NCBI GenBank assembly: GCA_963818475.1
Contig: CAWFSF010000006.1
Span: 1,248,001 to 1,312,000, forward strand
Reading direction: 5' to 3'
Source of the DNA: Nitrospirota bacterium
GTDB taxonomy: Bacteria; Nitrospirota; UBA9217
DNA: 64,000 bases
Shown: piece after piece, positions 1-10,966 of the stretch
How positions within the stretch are numbered: position 1 is the first letter of the stretch
Layout of the letters: each line of letters starts with the position of its first letter
The notes under the pieces: generated by a model
Seen by the model: the letters and a program-made list of their open reading frames with translations, nothing else
Database searches by the model: none
What the model was told of the DNA's origin: nothing
Program-made: the position numbers and the translations under genes

Positions 1-36
1 GCCCTGTTCATCATCTATGACGAGTATCCGGTTCAT
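1..36 (-). CDS. pilR: 5' end of response regulator (probable PilR), truncated by window edge
   Basis: Manual translation MNRILVIDDEQG is a receiver-domain N-terminus. Its ATG overlaps the pilS stop (ATGA). Only 12 codons are visible. Confidence 0.65.
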   Translation of the reverse strand, partial: MNRILVIDDEQG

Positions 37-1754
37 GGCTGTCCGCTCTTCTGCAATCGTTCAGGGATGGCACTGCCTGCGGGGACCTCGATCCCCGGCA
101 ATTTGATCGTGAATGCAGTGCCTCTGCCTGTCTGGCTCTCGACTTCGATGGTGCCGCCGTGGTCTTCGACGATGCGATAGACAATGGCGAGCCCAAGGCC
201 TGTGCCTCCGGCGGAATCCTTAGTGGTGAAAAAGGGATCGAATATTTTATCAAGGTGCTCGGGAGCGATCCCGACGCCTGTATCGGCGACAACGATCCGG
301 TACCAGGTTTCGTCATCCTTCCCCGGCATAGGTGACGCGCTTAGGGTGATCTCGCCTTGATCCGGGATCGCCTGACAGGCATTGATCAGCAGGTTCCAAA
401 ATATCTGCCTGAGCCGCTGGGGATCGCCCTTGACCGCAGCATCGGCTTCGACAGTGCAGGTGATCGTGATCCCGTCCCGGTAGTCACGGCTGTTCTTGAG
501 AAGCATCACTGTTTCGTTGAAAAGATCGGTAAGCAATACAGCGCTGGCATTGCCGACCGCCGGTGCGGCGGACAGATCGGCCTGCGGCCTGGCATATTCC
601 AGGAACTCGGTAATGATGGTATTCAGCCGGTCGGTTTCGCTCAGGACAATATCCATGAGCTGTTTATTGTCTCCTTGCAGGTCAAGCTCACCCTGGAGCA
701 CCTGAATGGAGCCGCTGATCGACCCGAGCGGGTTCCGGATCTCGTGTGCAATTCCCGCAGCCAGGCTGCCGACGGTTGCCAGGCGTTCCTGCCGGCGGAC
801 CTGCTCTTCCATTTCCGTCATTTTTGTGATGTCCTGAAAAATGAGGATGATCCCGCGCACAACATCCTGTTCGTCCTTGAGCAGCGATGCCGTCATCCCC
901 AATTGAACGAGGGTGCCTCCTTTTTTAACGATTTCACCGCGGAGGCGGTAGGGACGTTCTTTCAGGTTGTCGGTATGGCCAAAAAAACCTTTTATGCTCG
1001 TACCGAACACCTCCTGCAGCCTGTTCCTGATCTCGTCATGAGAATAGCCGGTAATAAATTCAGCTGCAGGGTTCCAGGAGGTGATACAGCCGGCCATGTC
1101 TGTTGTCAGGATGCCGCTTCCCACACTGCGAAGGATATGCTCCTGCAGCACCCGGAGGTCCGCAAAATCGATGTTTTTTTCATGAAGCTCCTGGCGTGTT
1201 TTCCTGAGACGATCGGAAAGATAGCCGCTCAGAAGCGCTACAGCATAAAACGAAAGAATATTGCTGAATACAAGATACAGAACCTGCAATGGGGTAAAAT
1301 TTGCGCTCTGTACAAAACCGAAGGCATTATAATACTGCATGTCGAGCATGCCGCCGTACAAAATGCTCGAGAGCGAAGCAGCAAGATAGCCGCCGCGCCG
1401 GTATAAAATGATGCTGCCGGAAATAATGACCAGATGATAGAGCGGGGAAAAAGCGCTGTCGATACCGCCGGTAATATACACCAGGATAGAAATGAGCAGG
1501 ATATCAATGGAGATCTGGAGGTAGGCAAAGAAGGCAAGATTCCTGATCTTCCGCAGAAGATACCAGTAGATGCCGGTCAGCAGATATACCAGCAGCACAA
1601 AGTAAATAAGGGATGCCGTGGGAAACGAATAGATCTTGTATCGCTGCTGAATAAAGATGAGCGTCCCCACCAGGAACGTCGTGAGGCCTATCCTGCTGGT
1701 GATCAGCCACTTGATGCGAATGAAATATTCTTCTCTTGAAAATTCCTGAGACAC
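33..1754 (-). CDS. pilS: Sensor histidine kinase PilS (membrane domain, PAS, HisKA, HATPase)
   Basis: Multi-TM N-terminus, AHEIRNPL H-box, NLLINACQA N-box, GTGLGL G-box. Lies downstream of pilC. A GTG at 1754 is preferred to the ORF-track start, which overlaps pilC. Confidence 0.85.
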   Translation of the reverse strand: MSQEFSREEYFIRIKWLITSRIGLTTFLVGTLIFIQQRYKIYSFPTASLIYFVLLVYLLTGIYWYLLRKIRNLAFFAYLQISIDILLISILVYITGGIDSAFSPLYHLVIISGSIILYRRGGYLAASLSSILYGGMLDMQYYNAFGFVQSANFTPLQVLYLVFSNILSFYAVALLSGYLSDRLRKTRQELHEKNIDFADLRVLQEHILRSVGSGILTTDMAGCITSWNPAAEFITGYSHDEIRNRLQEVFGTSIKGFFGHTDNLKERPYRLRGEIVKKGGTLVQLGMTASLLKDEQDVVRGIILIFQDITKMTEMEEQVRRQERLATVGSLAAGIAHEIRNPLGSISGSIQVLQGELDLQGDNKQLMDIVLSETDRLNTIITEFLEYARPQADLSAAPAVGNASAVLLTDLFNETVMLLKNSRDYRDGITITCTVEADAAVKGDPQRLRQIFWNLLINACQAIPDQGEITLSASPMPGKDDETWYRIVVADTGVGIAPEHLDKIFDPFFTTKDSAGGTGLGLAIVYRIVEDHGGTIEVESQTGRGTAFTIKLPGIEVPAGSAIPERLQKSGQP

Positions 1755-1761
1755 GATAGAA

Positions 1762-2975
1762 TCAGCCTGCCGCGGAACCCATCTGGAATATGGGCATATA
1801 CATGGCAACAATAACGAAGCCGACGGTAATGCCCAGAAAGATCATCAGCATGGGTTCGAGCATGGAGGTGAGCGCTGCCACGGCGGCGTCAACCTCATCA
1901 TCATAAAAATCGGCGATCTTGTTCAGCATATTGTCGAGCGCGCCGGTGGCCTCTCCAACGGAGATCATTTGAACAACCATGGGCGGAAACACCTTTGCCT
2001 TGGAGAGCGGTTCCGCAAGCGTTTTACCTTCACTCACGGCCTGTCGGGTCGCCATGATAGCCTCTTCCACGACCTTGTTCCCCGACGTCCGCGCGACAAT
2101 GATAAGCCCCTCAAGAATAGGCACACCGCTCGTAAGCAAGGTTCCCAGGGTCCTGGTGAATTTCGCAACTGATACCCGCTGGATCAGCGAGCCCATGACA
2201 GGTATTTTCAGCGCGAATGCATCCTGCGCTCTCAACCCATTTTCCGTTTTTCTCCATTGTTTAAGCACCACAACAATGCTTACAACACCGATGAGAATTC
2301 CCAGCCCCCCCCATCCTTTCAGAAAGTTGCTGATTGCGACCACAATGCGGGTGGGCAAAGGAAGTTGCTGGCCCGATTCGGCAAAGATGTTGGCCAGCAT
2401 GGGAACGACAACCACCATCAGCAGGGAAACGACGGAAACGGCGACGAACAGGATCACGGAGGGATAGATCATTGCAGACTTTATCTGTTTTTTGATCTTG
2501 GCGAACTTTTCCATGTAGGCCGCAAGCCGCTGCAAGGATCGTGTCCAGGATACCGCCAGCTTCTCCGGCAGCCACCATGTTGCAGTAGAGGTTATCGAAG
2601 ACCTTGGGATGTTTTTTGAGCGACTCGGCGAAGGTGGCGCCGCCTTCGACATCCTGCCTCACCTGGACGACGGCCTTTGCCAGTGGCGGGACTTTCCTTT
2701 TGCTGGCCGAGAATCTCGAGGCACTGAACGAGCGGGAGGCCCGCGTCGATCATGGTGGCGAGCTGACGGGTAAAGATCACGATGTCCTTATCGGTGACCT
2801 TCGGTGCGCCGAAGGAGATGCTGATCTGCTTGGGCTTCGCCGTGACATTGATCGGCTGGATGTTCTGCTTGCGCAGAAGGGCCATCACGTCTTCCTTGCT
2901 GTTCGCGGCAAGTTCGCCCTTCTGAACAGCTCCCTGCCGTGTTTTGCCTTCCCAGGTAAATACCGTTGTTGCCAT
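1762..2975 (-). CDS. pilC: Type IV pilus platform protein PilC (frameshifted, probably sequencing error)
   Basis: Fragments FTRQLATMIDAGLPL, MVAAGEAGGILD, MISVGEATGALDNML and EPMLMIFLG in successive frames. Confidence 0.9.
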
Positions 2976-3071
2976 TTTTCACCTCATCCCGTGCAAAAAC
3001 CTTATACATATCCTTGTTGATGATTTTTATCAGGCAGCTGTGTCGTGAACGCAGTTATGTTCACGACGTCG

Positions 3072-4176
3072 TCATCGATATTCTTTTTGAACCGTCTGGG
3101 TTCCTGCCAGGCCGGACCTGCTCAGCATCTGGATGAGTTCCTCAGGATTCGAAGATCTGCCGACACAGTCTTCATAGGATATCTGCTTTTTGACATACAG
3201 GTCATAGAGCGACTGGTTCAAGGTCTGCATGCCGAACTTGGACTGCCCGGTCTGCATGATCGAATAGATCTGGTGTATTTTATCCTCCCGGATCAGGTTG
3301 CGGATCGCCGGGTTCGGGATCATGACCTCCAGTGCCACCACCCGTCCGCCGCCGATCTTCGGAACGAGTTGTTGCGATACGACCCCTTCCAGGACAAAGG
3401 ACAGCTGAGCGCGGACCTGCGACTGCTGATGCGGAGGGAACACATCGATGATACGGTTCATCGTCTGGGATGCGGAGTTCGTATGGAGCGTGGCAAAGGT
3501 GAGGTGGCCCGTTTCAGCGATGGTCAGCGCTGCTTCGATCGTTTCAAGGTCGCTCATTTCGCCGATGAGCACCACGTCGGGGTCCTGCCGGAGAATATAC
3601 TTCAGCGCATCCTTGAACGACTTGGTATCCGCGTTGACCTCGCGCTGGTTGACCAGGCATTTTTTATGCGGATGCAGGTACTCGATCGGGTCCTCGATGG
3701 TCATGATGTGTTCCTGCCGCTCGCTGTTGATCTTGTCGATCATCGACGCCAGCGTGGTCGATTTACCGCTGCCCGTGGGGCCGGTGACGAGGACCAGTCC
3801 GCGCGGCTTCTTGCAGAGGTCGGAGACAATCTCGGACAGCCCCAGTTCCTTGAATGTCTTTATTTTAAAGGGAATGGTCCGGATCGCGGCAGCGACCGCG
3901 CCCCGCTGCACGAACATATTAGCGCGAAAACGGGAGAGGTTCTTCACCCCGAACGAAAGGTCGAGTTCGCTGTTTTCCTCGAACTTATGCTTCTGGGCAT
4001 CGGTCAGGATGCTGTAGCAGAGGTCCTTGGTCTGCGGTGGCGGTCATCAGCTTCCAGTCCCGGTATGGGCTTCATCTTGCCGTCGATCCGTATGCTCGGG
4101 GCAAGCCCGTCGTAAGATGAAGGTCCGATGCGCCTTTTTCGATCATATACTTGAGCAGATCGTGCAGATTGGCCAT
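3072..4176 (-). CDS. pilT: Type IV pilus retraction ATPase PilT (frameshifted near 5' end)
   Basis: MANLHDLL..GASDLHL start, GPTGSGKST, LRQDPDVVLIGE, TGHLTFATLHT, AIRNLIRE motif. Confidence 0.93.
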
Positions 4177-4231
4177 GTATAGAACACCTTCTCTCGGAAA
4201 ATTTATTTTATCCCCATCATCATGAATTCGC

Positions 4232-6089
4232 CTATTTATTGTCGGGGAACGTATTTTCAACGACCTCTTCAAGCGAGGTCATGCCCGCCTTGACCTTCAA
4301 CAATCCGCTCCGCGCGCAGCGTTTTCATGCCGCGAGGCGATCGCCTGTTTTTTGATATCAAAGACCGATGCGCCCTGAAGGATCAGCTCCTTGATCTCTT
4401 CCTTGATCGGCATGACCTCGTACAGCGCGACCCGGCCTTTGTACCCGGTCTTGTTGCAGATGTCGCAGCCCTCGCCCCTGTAGCTCACGATCGTCTTGCG
4501 CTTCTTCGGGATCGAATCCTGCATCAATAAAGGTCTGGGCGCGGAAGTTTTTCAGGCTTTTTGCAGTTCTGGCAGGACCTGCGCACCAGCCGCTGGGCAA
4601 CGATCAGGATGACCGCGGACGAGACCAGGAATGGCTCAACGCCCATGTTCAGCATACGGTTGATGGTGCTCGGCGCGTCATTGGTGTGGAGCGTGGTCAG
4701 CACGAGATGCCCCGTCAGTGCGGCCTTGACGCCGATCTCCGCTGTTTCATAGTCGCGGGTCTCGCCCACCATGATGATGTCCGGGTCCTGACGCAGGAAC
4801 GAACGGAGCGCAGCGGCGAAGTTCAGCCCGATCTCGTCCTTCATCTGCACCTGGTTGATGCCCATGAGGTTGAACTCGACGGGGTCTTCGGCCGTCATGA
4901 TATTCTCGGAATCCTTGTTCAGTTCGCTCAGTGCCGAATAGAGGGTCGTGGTCTTGCCGCTCCCCGTCGGGCCCGTCACCAGCACCATGCCGAAGGGCCT
5001 GTCCCAGGGCTTCCTTGAAATCCGTCAGCTGGTCCTCATCGAACCCGAGCTTGGTCATGTCGAGCTGCAGGTTCGACTTGTCCAGCAGCCGCATAACGAT
5101 CTTTTCGCCGAACAGGCGTGGGAAGCACGGAAACGCGGAAATCCATGACCTTGTTCTTGCTCATTTTCAGCTTGATACGGCCGTCCTGCGGAAGCCGGCG
5201 CTCGGCGATGTCGAGCGATGCCATGATCTTGACGCGGGAGATGATCGCGTTCCTGATCTTGAGCGGAAGCCCCATGACCGTGTTCAGCACACCGTCAAGG
5301 CGGTACCGGACCCTGAACTTCTTCTCGTAGGGTTCGATATGGATATCGCTCACGCCCATCTTGGCGGCGCGCAGCAGGATGCCGTTCACCAGTTTGACGA
5401 TCGGAGCTTCGACCTCGCCGGAAAGCTGATCCAGGCCGGCATCTTCCACGACCTCGAGTTCCTCGACGGCGCCATGCACGAGGTTGTCGAAGTCATCGAC
5501 GTCCACTTCGCCGCCGGTGTCGATATCGTCGACGAACTCCGCGGATTCGTCTTCTTTTTCATCGACGTCGTAATCCTTGGCTTCGAATGCTAAGCTTCTT
5601 TTCTTCCTTGGCCTGCGCCATGCTCTGCCGCCTGCACTTGCGGCAACAAGCGACTTGGCGCCGCCGTAATATTTCTTGATGGCCTCGACGATGGCGCCTT
5701 CGGTCGCCACCACTGCCTCGACATTGTAGCCGGTCATGAACTTGATGTCGTCGATGGCGAAGATATTGGAGGGGTCGACCATGGCGATCGTGATCGTGGC
5801 GCCGGCGCGATTGATCGGCATGATCCGGTATTTCTGGGCGACGTCGGCGGGGATGTGCTTGATGAACGGCGGGATTGATCTCGAACTTGCTCAGGTCAAC
5901 ATAAGGAACACCGTACTGCTTGCTCAGGAACGTCATGAGCTTGTCTTCCTGGACAAAGCCAAGCTTGACCAGAATGGATCCAAGCCTGCCACCTTCGCTT
6001 TTCTGGGCAGCAAGCGCTTTTTTCAGCTGATCATCAGTAATGAGACCCGACGAGACCAGCATCGCGCCGAGTCTTCCAGACATTGCCAT
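4232..6089 (-). CDS. pilB: Type IV pilus assembly ATPase PilB (several frameshifts)
   Basis: MshEN-like N-terminus [67 protein letters not shown]. Ends [16 protein letters not shown]. Confidence 0.92.
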
Positions 6090-6125
6090 GAGGTAACTCC
6101 TTTATAACTAAACTTATCAGTAGTC

Positions 6126-6154
6126 ATATTACTGTAATACGCAGGCTATGTCAA
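6126..6154 (-). promoter_or_regulatory. Putative sigma70 promoter for the pilB operon
   Basis: TTGACA-17 nt-TAATAT on the minus strand, about 35 nt upstream of pilB. Confidence 0.5.
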
Positions 6155-6180
6155 GACAGATGGGCACTTTTCGCGACCCG

Positions 6181-7035
6181 TCAGCGCATTGCACTGATCT
6201 GCCGGGCAAGCGCATTTTTCATGACCTGAACCGGAGCTTTCTTTCCCGTCCAGATCTCAAAAGCGATAACGCCCTGATACAGGAGCATGCCGATGCCCGA
6301 GAGCCGCCGGGCCTGGCGGTCCTTCGCAGCCTTCAAAAGGGGCGTCTCCGGCGGGTTGTACACAAGATCGCAGACAAGGTGCTTCTTTTGGATGAGCACC
6401 TTGCGCAGGGGCAAGGGATCAGCTTTTTTCAGGCCCAGCGGAGTCGCATTGATAAGACAATCGGCGCCGGCTACGGCATCGGAAAGCAGCTCTTCACCGA
6501 TGGCCTGAACGTCTGCTCCGGTCTTCTGCCTGATATCCTCCGCCAGGGCCGATGCTTTTTTCTGATCAAGGTCCATAAATACGATGGATCGGGCGCCTGC
6601 CAGCGCGAGGCTGAATCCCACGGCGCGCCCGGCCCCTCCTGAGCCGATGAACACCACCCGTTTTCCTTTGGGATTGAACCCGGCATCCTCCTTGAGCGAG
6701 CGAAGAAAACCCCTGCCGTCGGTATTATGACCTTTGAGCCGGTCGCCCAGCACTTCGATCGTGTTCACCGCCCCGATAAGCCGGGCTTCTTCTGAAAGCT
6801 CATCGAGCCAGGACATGACCGCCTGCTTGTGCGGGACCGTCACGTTCATGCCTCTGAGGTTAAGCGCACGGATGCCCCTGACAGCCGCCTCCAGTCGGTC
6901 GGGATGAACAGCAAAGGGGACGTAGCACGCGTCCATGCCGAGCCGGGCGAATGCGGCATTGTGCATGCCCGGAGAGAAACTGTGTTCAACAGGATACCCG
7001 AACAGGCCGTATATCGATGTTTTACCGGAGATCAT
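6181..7035 (-). CDS. aroE: Shikimate dehydrogenase
   Basis: HSFSPGMHN, GMNVTVPHK, GAVNT, NTDGRG, GSGGAG, INATPLG, MLLYQG. Confidence 0.95.
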   Translation of the reverse strand: MISGKTSIYGLFGYPVEHSFSPGMHNAAFARLGMDACYVPFAVHPDRLEAAVRGIRALNLRGMNVTVPHKQAVMSWLDELSEEARLIGAVNTIEVLGDRLKGHNTDGRGFLRSLKEDAGFNPKGKRVVFIGSGGAGRAVGFSLALAGARSIVFMDLDQKKASALAEDIRQKTGADVQAIGEELLSDAVAGADCLINATPLGLKKADPLPLRKVLIQKKHLVCDLVYNPPETPLLKAAKDRQARRLSGIGMLLYQGVIAFEIWTGKKAPVQVMKNALARQISAMR

Positions 7036-7040
7036 TATCT

Positions 7041-8324
7041 TTACCCCTTCCCGCGCAGTATATCCACCAGGTTCCTGAAGCCGGTGACGATGCGCACCGG
7101 GACGCCCAACAGGTCCTCCATCTGGTCAAGGCTCATATTGTCGAGGAAAATGTGTTCGTCGTCTTTAAGGACGTTCGCCGGGATCAGCACCAGATCGCCG
7201 AGCTTTTTACCTTTCAGGGCATGGACGATGTCGCCGCCGGTCAGCAATCCGGCAACGGTCACTGAGGGCCCGAAGAACCGGTTCTTCGCGACGACCTGAC
7301 GCAGAGTGAGCCCCTTGACGCCCTTGAGCCGTTTCAGCGCGGTTTTTAATAACGCACCGAATGAAGCGCCCGTAACCACGGTCACCTTCAGGGGCGGGAC
7401 ACTGACCGGCATCCGGGTCCGTGCAACTTCACGAAGGAACTCGGCAACCATGCCGACACCGTTCTCGATCTGCGGGAACTCTTCATAGGATGATGCTGGC
7501 GGGAACGGCGCTCCGGCTTTGATATAAAACTCATCCGACGCGAACACCAGGCGCGTACCGAACTCCTTCCGGAACCGGGCGCTGAACGTATCGATCGTGT
7601 TGAGCACGGCGCGTGCGCCGCTGCGGGTGAATAATTTAACCGGATAGAGTCCGGTCCGGTAGGCGGTCACCCCCACGGGCACGGCCGCTATGGACATGAC
7701 GGCGGGAAAAAGCTTTGCCACATCCTCGATCGTCTTCGCCAGGTGCCGGCCGTCATTCACCCCCGGGCAGGTGACGATCTGCGTGTGCATGCGGATCCCG
7801 CCGGCGGCGAGCCTTTGCATGAGCGCCATGATGTCGGGCGCCTTTCGGTTCCCCAGCATGAAGGAGCGAAGTTCAGGATCGGTGGTGTGAACAGATATGT
7901 AGAGCGGACTTAACCGCTGCCTGAAGATACGCTCCAGGTCCTCTTCGGACAGCGATCCGAGCGTAATATAATTGCCGTAGAGGAAGGAGGCGCGAAAATC
8001 GTCATCTTTGACATAGAGGCTGCGCCGGCAGTCTGGAGGCATTTGGTCGACAAAGCAGAAGATACAGTGGTTGCGGCAGCGCTTGATCGTGAGGGACGGC
8101 AGTTCAATGCCCAGATCGTCGTCAGCAGACTTTCTGATCCGGAATGACTTTACCGCACCTGACTTTTTTTTCACCTTCAGGGAGATTTGTTCATCAGCGA
8201 CGGAGAAACGGAAATCGATCACATCATTGATCGCCTCACCGTTGATCGAAACAACCTGGTCCCCCGGTCGAAGCCCGAGACCGTCAGCAATGCTGCCTGG
8301 AGCTACCCGCACGATCTCCAGCAA
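7041..8324 (-). CDS. PDZ + DUF512 domain Fe-S protein
   Basis: N-terminal PDZ-like segment, CRNHCIFCFVDQMP, KDDDFRASFLYGNYITL, QIENGVG. Confidence 0.88.
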   Translation of the reverse strand: MLEIVRVAPGSIADGLGLRPGDQVVSINGEAINDVIDFRFSVADEQISLKVKKKSGAVKSFRIRKSADDDLGIELPSLTIKRCRNHCIFCFVDQMPPDCRRSLYVKDDDFRASFLYGNYITLGSLSEEDLERIFRQRLSPLYISVHTTDPELRSFMLGNRKAPDIMALMQRLAAGGIRMHTQIVTCPGVNDGRHLAKTIEDVAKLFPAVMSIAAVPVGVTAYRTGLYPVKLFTRSGARAVLNTIDTFSARFRKEFGTRLVFASDEFYIKAGAPFPPASSYEEFPQIENGVGMVAEFLREVARTRMPVSVPPLKVTVVTGASFGALLKTALKRLKGVKGLTLRQVVAKNRFFGPSVTVAGLLTGGDIVHALKGKKLGDLVLIPANVLKDDEHIFLDNMSLDQMEDLLGVPVRIVTGFRNLVDILRGKG

Positions 8325-8759
8325 TCAGGCGCTCCTTTTGGAGGAGAACATATAGTCCACATATCCGACGATCTGGATCCGTGCCTCATCAGTGACCTGC
8401 CGGAACTTGCGGATCATCAGGATCTCATCCATGCTCAATATCTTCTCAAGATAGTTGATCTGTTCTTCCGAGATCGGGAACTTGCGCTTCCCGCGCCTGA
8501 ACTTGGCTTGCGAGGGGGACAGGAAAAAACCTTTCACCTCGGCGGGCACTTTTTCCTGATGCGCCGCCAGAATGAGCATCGCCTTATCCAGGCCCAATTT
8601 GTTCGCGATCATTATCAGCGTTTTATCCTTGGGGATATGCCCTTTGTTGATCGTGACCCGCAGGAGTTCCGGACTGATCCCGAGGACCTTCGATGCATCC
8701 TTGAGATTCTTGAAGCCTTTTTTATCCAATGCCTGCCGGATCATCTCCGAAATCTTCAT
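8325..8759 (-). CDS. Putative XRE-like helix-turn-helix regulator
   Basis: LKDASKVLGISPELLRVTINKGHIPKD..IANKLGLD pattern. GGAGG RBS upstream. Confidence 0.6.
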   Translation of the reverse strand: MKISEMIRQALDKKGFKNLKDASKVLGISPELLRVTINKGHIPKDKTLIMIANKLGLDKAMLILAAHQEKVPAEVKGFFLSPSQAKFRRGKRKFPISEEQINYLEKILSMDEILMIRKFRQVTDEARIQIVGYVDYMFSSKRSA

Positions 8760-8816
8760 GTACTACCTCCGTATCTTCATTGATGCAGCTATGGCTGCAA
8801 TCGAACATAATAGGAA

Positions 8817-9342
8817 TTATGCAACGAGCTTCATGCCGCGGGAGACATACTGGACCCCCGAAGCAACGGTGACGGCCGCTGTGGTCCACTGCAGAACATG
8901 CAACAATCCCATCTCCAGGCCATAATCCACCTGGACGAGGGTAAGCGTTACGCACAACAGCTGCAGGACGGTCGTGAGCTTCCCGATGAGGGAAGGCTGG
9001 ACCGTGAAATTGTGCTGCATCAAATAAACGATGATGCTGCCGAACACGAGGATCACATCCCTGCTGATAACGATGATCGCAAGCCAGACCGGCAGCATCT
9101 TGAGCAGGACGAGCGTAACAAAGGCCGAAACAATGAGCAGTTTATCGGCCATCGGGTCCAGAAAAGCGCCCAGAGTCTGTCTTGCTCTTCATAAGCCGGG
9201 CGATCATGCCGTCAAGAGCATCGGTAATACAGGCCACAACAAAAACAGCAAGTGCCGCCTGGTAGTAACCATAGATCATCAGATTGATAAAAAATGGGAT
9301 CAGAACAACCCGAAAGAGCGTGATCGAATTGGGAAGGTTCAT
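8817..9342 (-). CDS. pgsA: CDP-diacylglycerol--glycerol-3-phosphate phosphatidyltransferase (frameshifted)
   Basis: MNLPNSITLFR, TDALDGMIAR, DPMADKLL, ISRD, GKLTTVLQ. Confidence 0.85.
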
Positions 9343-9516
9343 CGGCACCCCTGGCCTGGAGCAATTTAAAACGCTAACCAGTTGTATAATAAACAGATTA
9401 ATTTGGGATGTCAACCTTTATCTTTTTGCTTTTTGGTTATGACACTTTTTTTAAATAATCGGCAGGAAAAATCGAGAGAGGATAGCTTGTGCAACTGAAG
9501 GGACCAAAACTTTGAA

Positions 9517-9592
<76 letters not shown>

Positions 9593-9843
9593 AAAGGAAA
9601 CGCTGTCACTATTGAACTGACGGTAGGTTATACATTATTTTTGCTAAGATTGTCAAGGAAATCTTGGGCCGCGGGTCTTCAGACAACGGTGAGTTCGTTG
9701 TTGGCCTCGGAATGAATGAACTGGTCATCTTTCGAGTTTTCCCCGGACGTGCAGCCGCTTATTCCTGAATACGGCTCACGCGGCAGGAACGCGTGTCTGC
9801 AAGTCGATTCTGTTCCAAGGATCGATCAATGTCAAGAAGCGTT

Positions 9844-9871
9844 AAAAAAAGGGCAGGCGAATCGCCTCCCC
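9844..9871 (-). terminator. Intrinsic terminator-like hairpin
   Basis: GGG-AGGCGA/TCGCCTGCCC stem followed by T7 on the minus strand. A near-identical hairpin lies at 10902-10924. Confidence 0.6.
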
Positions 9872-9905
9872 TGATCCGAACATCATTTTTTCAACAAAAC
9901 CAATC

Positions 9906-9967
9906 GTAGCGCCCCCGTTTACCGGGGGCGGAATTGAATATTCGTCGCGGATAAATGCCGACGCTAC
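9906..9967. repeat. REP doublet (REPIN/BIME-like)
   Basis: GTAGCGCCCCCGTTTACCGGGGGCG, a spacer, then inverted TTCGTCGCGGATAAATGCCGACGCTAC. Same design as the repeats flanking the Y1 transposase. Confidence 0.85.
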
Positions 9968-10027
9968 AAATACATCAATTCACCTTAAGCGCCAGAAACG
10001 CCGTCTGCTGAAGAAGGTTTTTGAAAA

Positions 10028-10243
10028 TCAGAGAGAAACAGGCGTCAACATAAAGACCCGGGCTCGTTGCGCCGCGGCCTTGACGTTTCCCTCTCGCAGA
10101 GCTTCACGTATATCGTCCAATTTATAGGCATCCTCCAGCGACAGATACGGAGACCACCCCTCGTCGGAATAAATCAGATCCACGTCCACCTCTGCCACAT
10201 ACTCGCCCTCGTGCACCAGCTTCGTGATGTGTTTTTGTGTCAT
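10028..10243 (-). CDS. Small conserved hypothetical protein (71 aa)
   Basis: MTQKHITKLVHEGEYVAEVDVDL..WSPYLSLEDAYKLDDIREALREG. Start overlaps the stop of an upstream remnant. Confidence 0.7.
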   Translation of the reverse strand: MTQKHITKLVHEGEYVAEVDVDLIYSDEGWSPYLSLEDAYKLDDIREALREGNVKAAAQRARVFMLTPVSL

Positions 10244-10302
10244 CTTTTTCTCCTCAGAAAATCCGTCTCCCATCGTTCGGGGTCCGGTCCGTACGCCGTT
10301 GC
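10240..10302 (-). pseudogene. 3' remnant of a DUF4258-like gene
   Basis: Manual translation ATAYGPDPERWETDFLRRKR* ends in an ATGA overlap. It is preceded by an in-frame TAA and has no start codon. Confidence 0.5.
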
Positions 10303-10337
10303 AGGGTAATCTTAATTGTATCCCGTCCGTATGGGCA

Positions 10338-10623
10338 TTAATAAACCTCGTCATGGCTACCGATTTCAATCAAATAAATATCGTCATCTCCCGCTTGTTC
10401 ATTCTTCACAAAATCAAAAATAATGCGCAAATCATATCCCGCGCTGCATGCCCAGGATCCATCGAGTTTTCCTTTAAGCTTATGCGTTTCGAGTTGCGGG
10501 GCAAACGGGTCATTCACCAAAAGCTTGAGGGATATCTTCGACATCGTGACGCACGTTGGGCTGTTTACGCATGGCCTTCTTAAATGCCCGTATAAACGTA
10601 TTACTCCGAATGAGCGTTCTCAT
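10338..10623 (-). CDS. RelE/YafQ-family mRNA interferase toxin (one frameshift at ~10530)
   Basis: MRTLIRSNTFIRAFKK joins DPFAPQLETHKLKGKLDGSWACSAGYDLRIIF..IGSHDEVY after removing one base from a GGG run. Confidence 0.8.
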
Positions 10624-10832
10624 TCGGAAAGCTCGCGCAAAAGGTCGTCAACCGAGCCTCGCTTTACCTCGCCTCGCGCATACTCCTCTCGCGCTTCCGC
10701 AATGTTTTGAGCCAGCTTCGTCCTTCGCTCCTCTATGAGTCGATGCTTGACAACTTCAATGAGGTCCTCTCTTTGTTCCTCCGGCAGAGATTCAATGATT
10801 TCAAGTGCCTCGTTAAACGTAACCGCTCTCAT
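10620..10832 (-). CDS. Cognate type II antitoxin (70 aa)
   Basis: Acidic small protein MRAVTFNEALEIIESLP..RGSVDDLLRELSE. GGAGG RBS. ATGA overlap with the toxin. Confidence 0.78.
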   Translation of the reverse strand: MRAVTFNEALEIIESLPEEQREDLIEVVKHRLIEERRTKLAQNIAEAREEYARGEVKRGSVDDLLRELSE

Positions 10833-10966
10833 AACAGCACCTCCTGTTGAAATACTATACAAAAGACCGCGTAATATCAAGATGATTTTCAAATACAATA
10901 CGGGGCAGGCGATTCGCCTGCCCCATATCATGAATCATTGTTAAAACGCAATCGCGATCGTAGCCG

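Noticed and set aside
357-4115. Long antisense ORFs (349 aa, 356 aa and similar throughout)
   Set aside because: They are shadows of GC-rich genes on the other strand and have no motifs.
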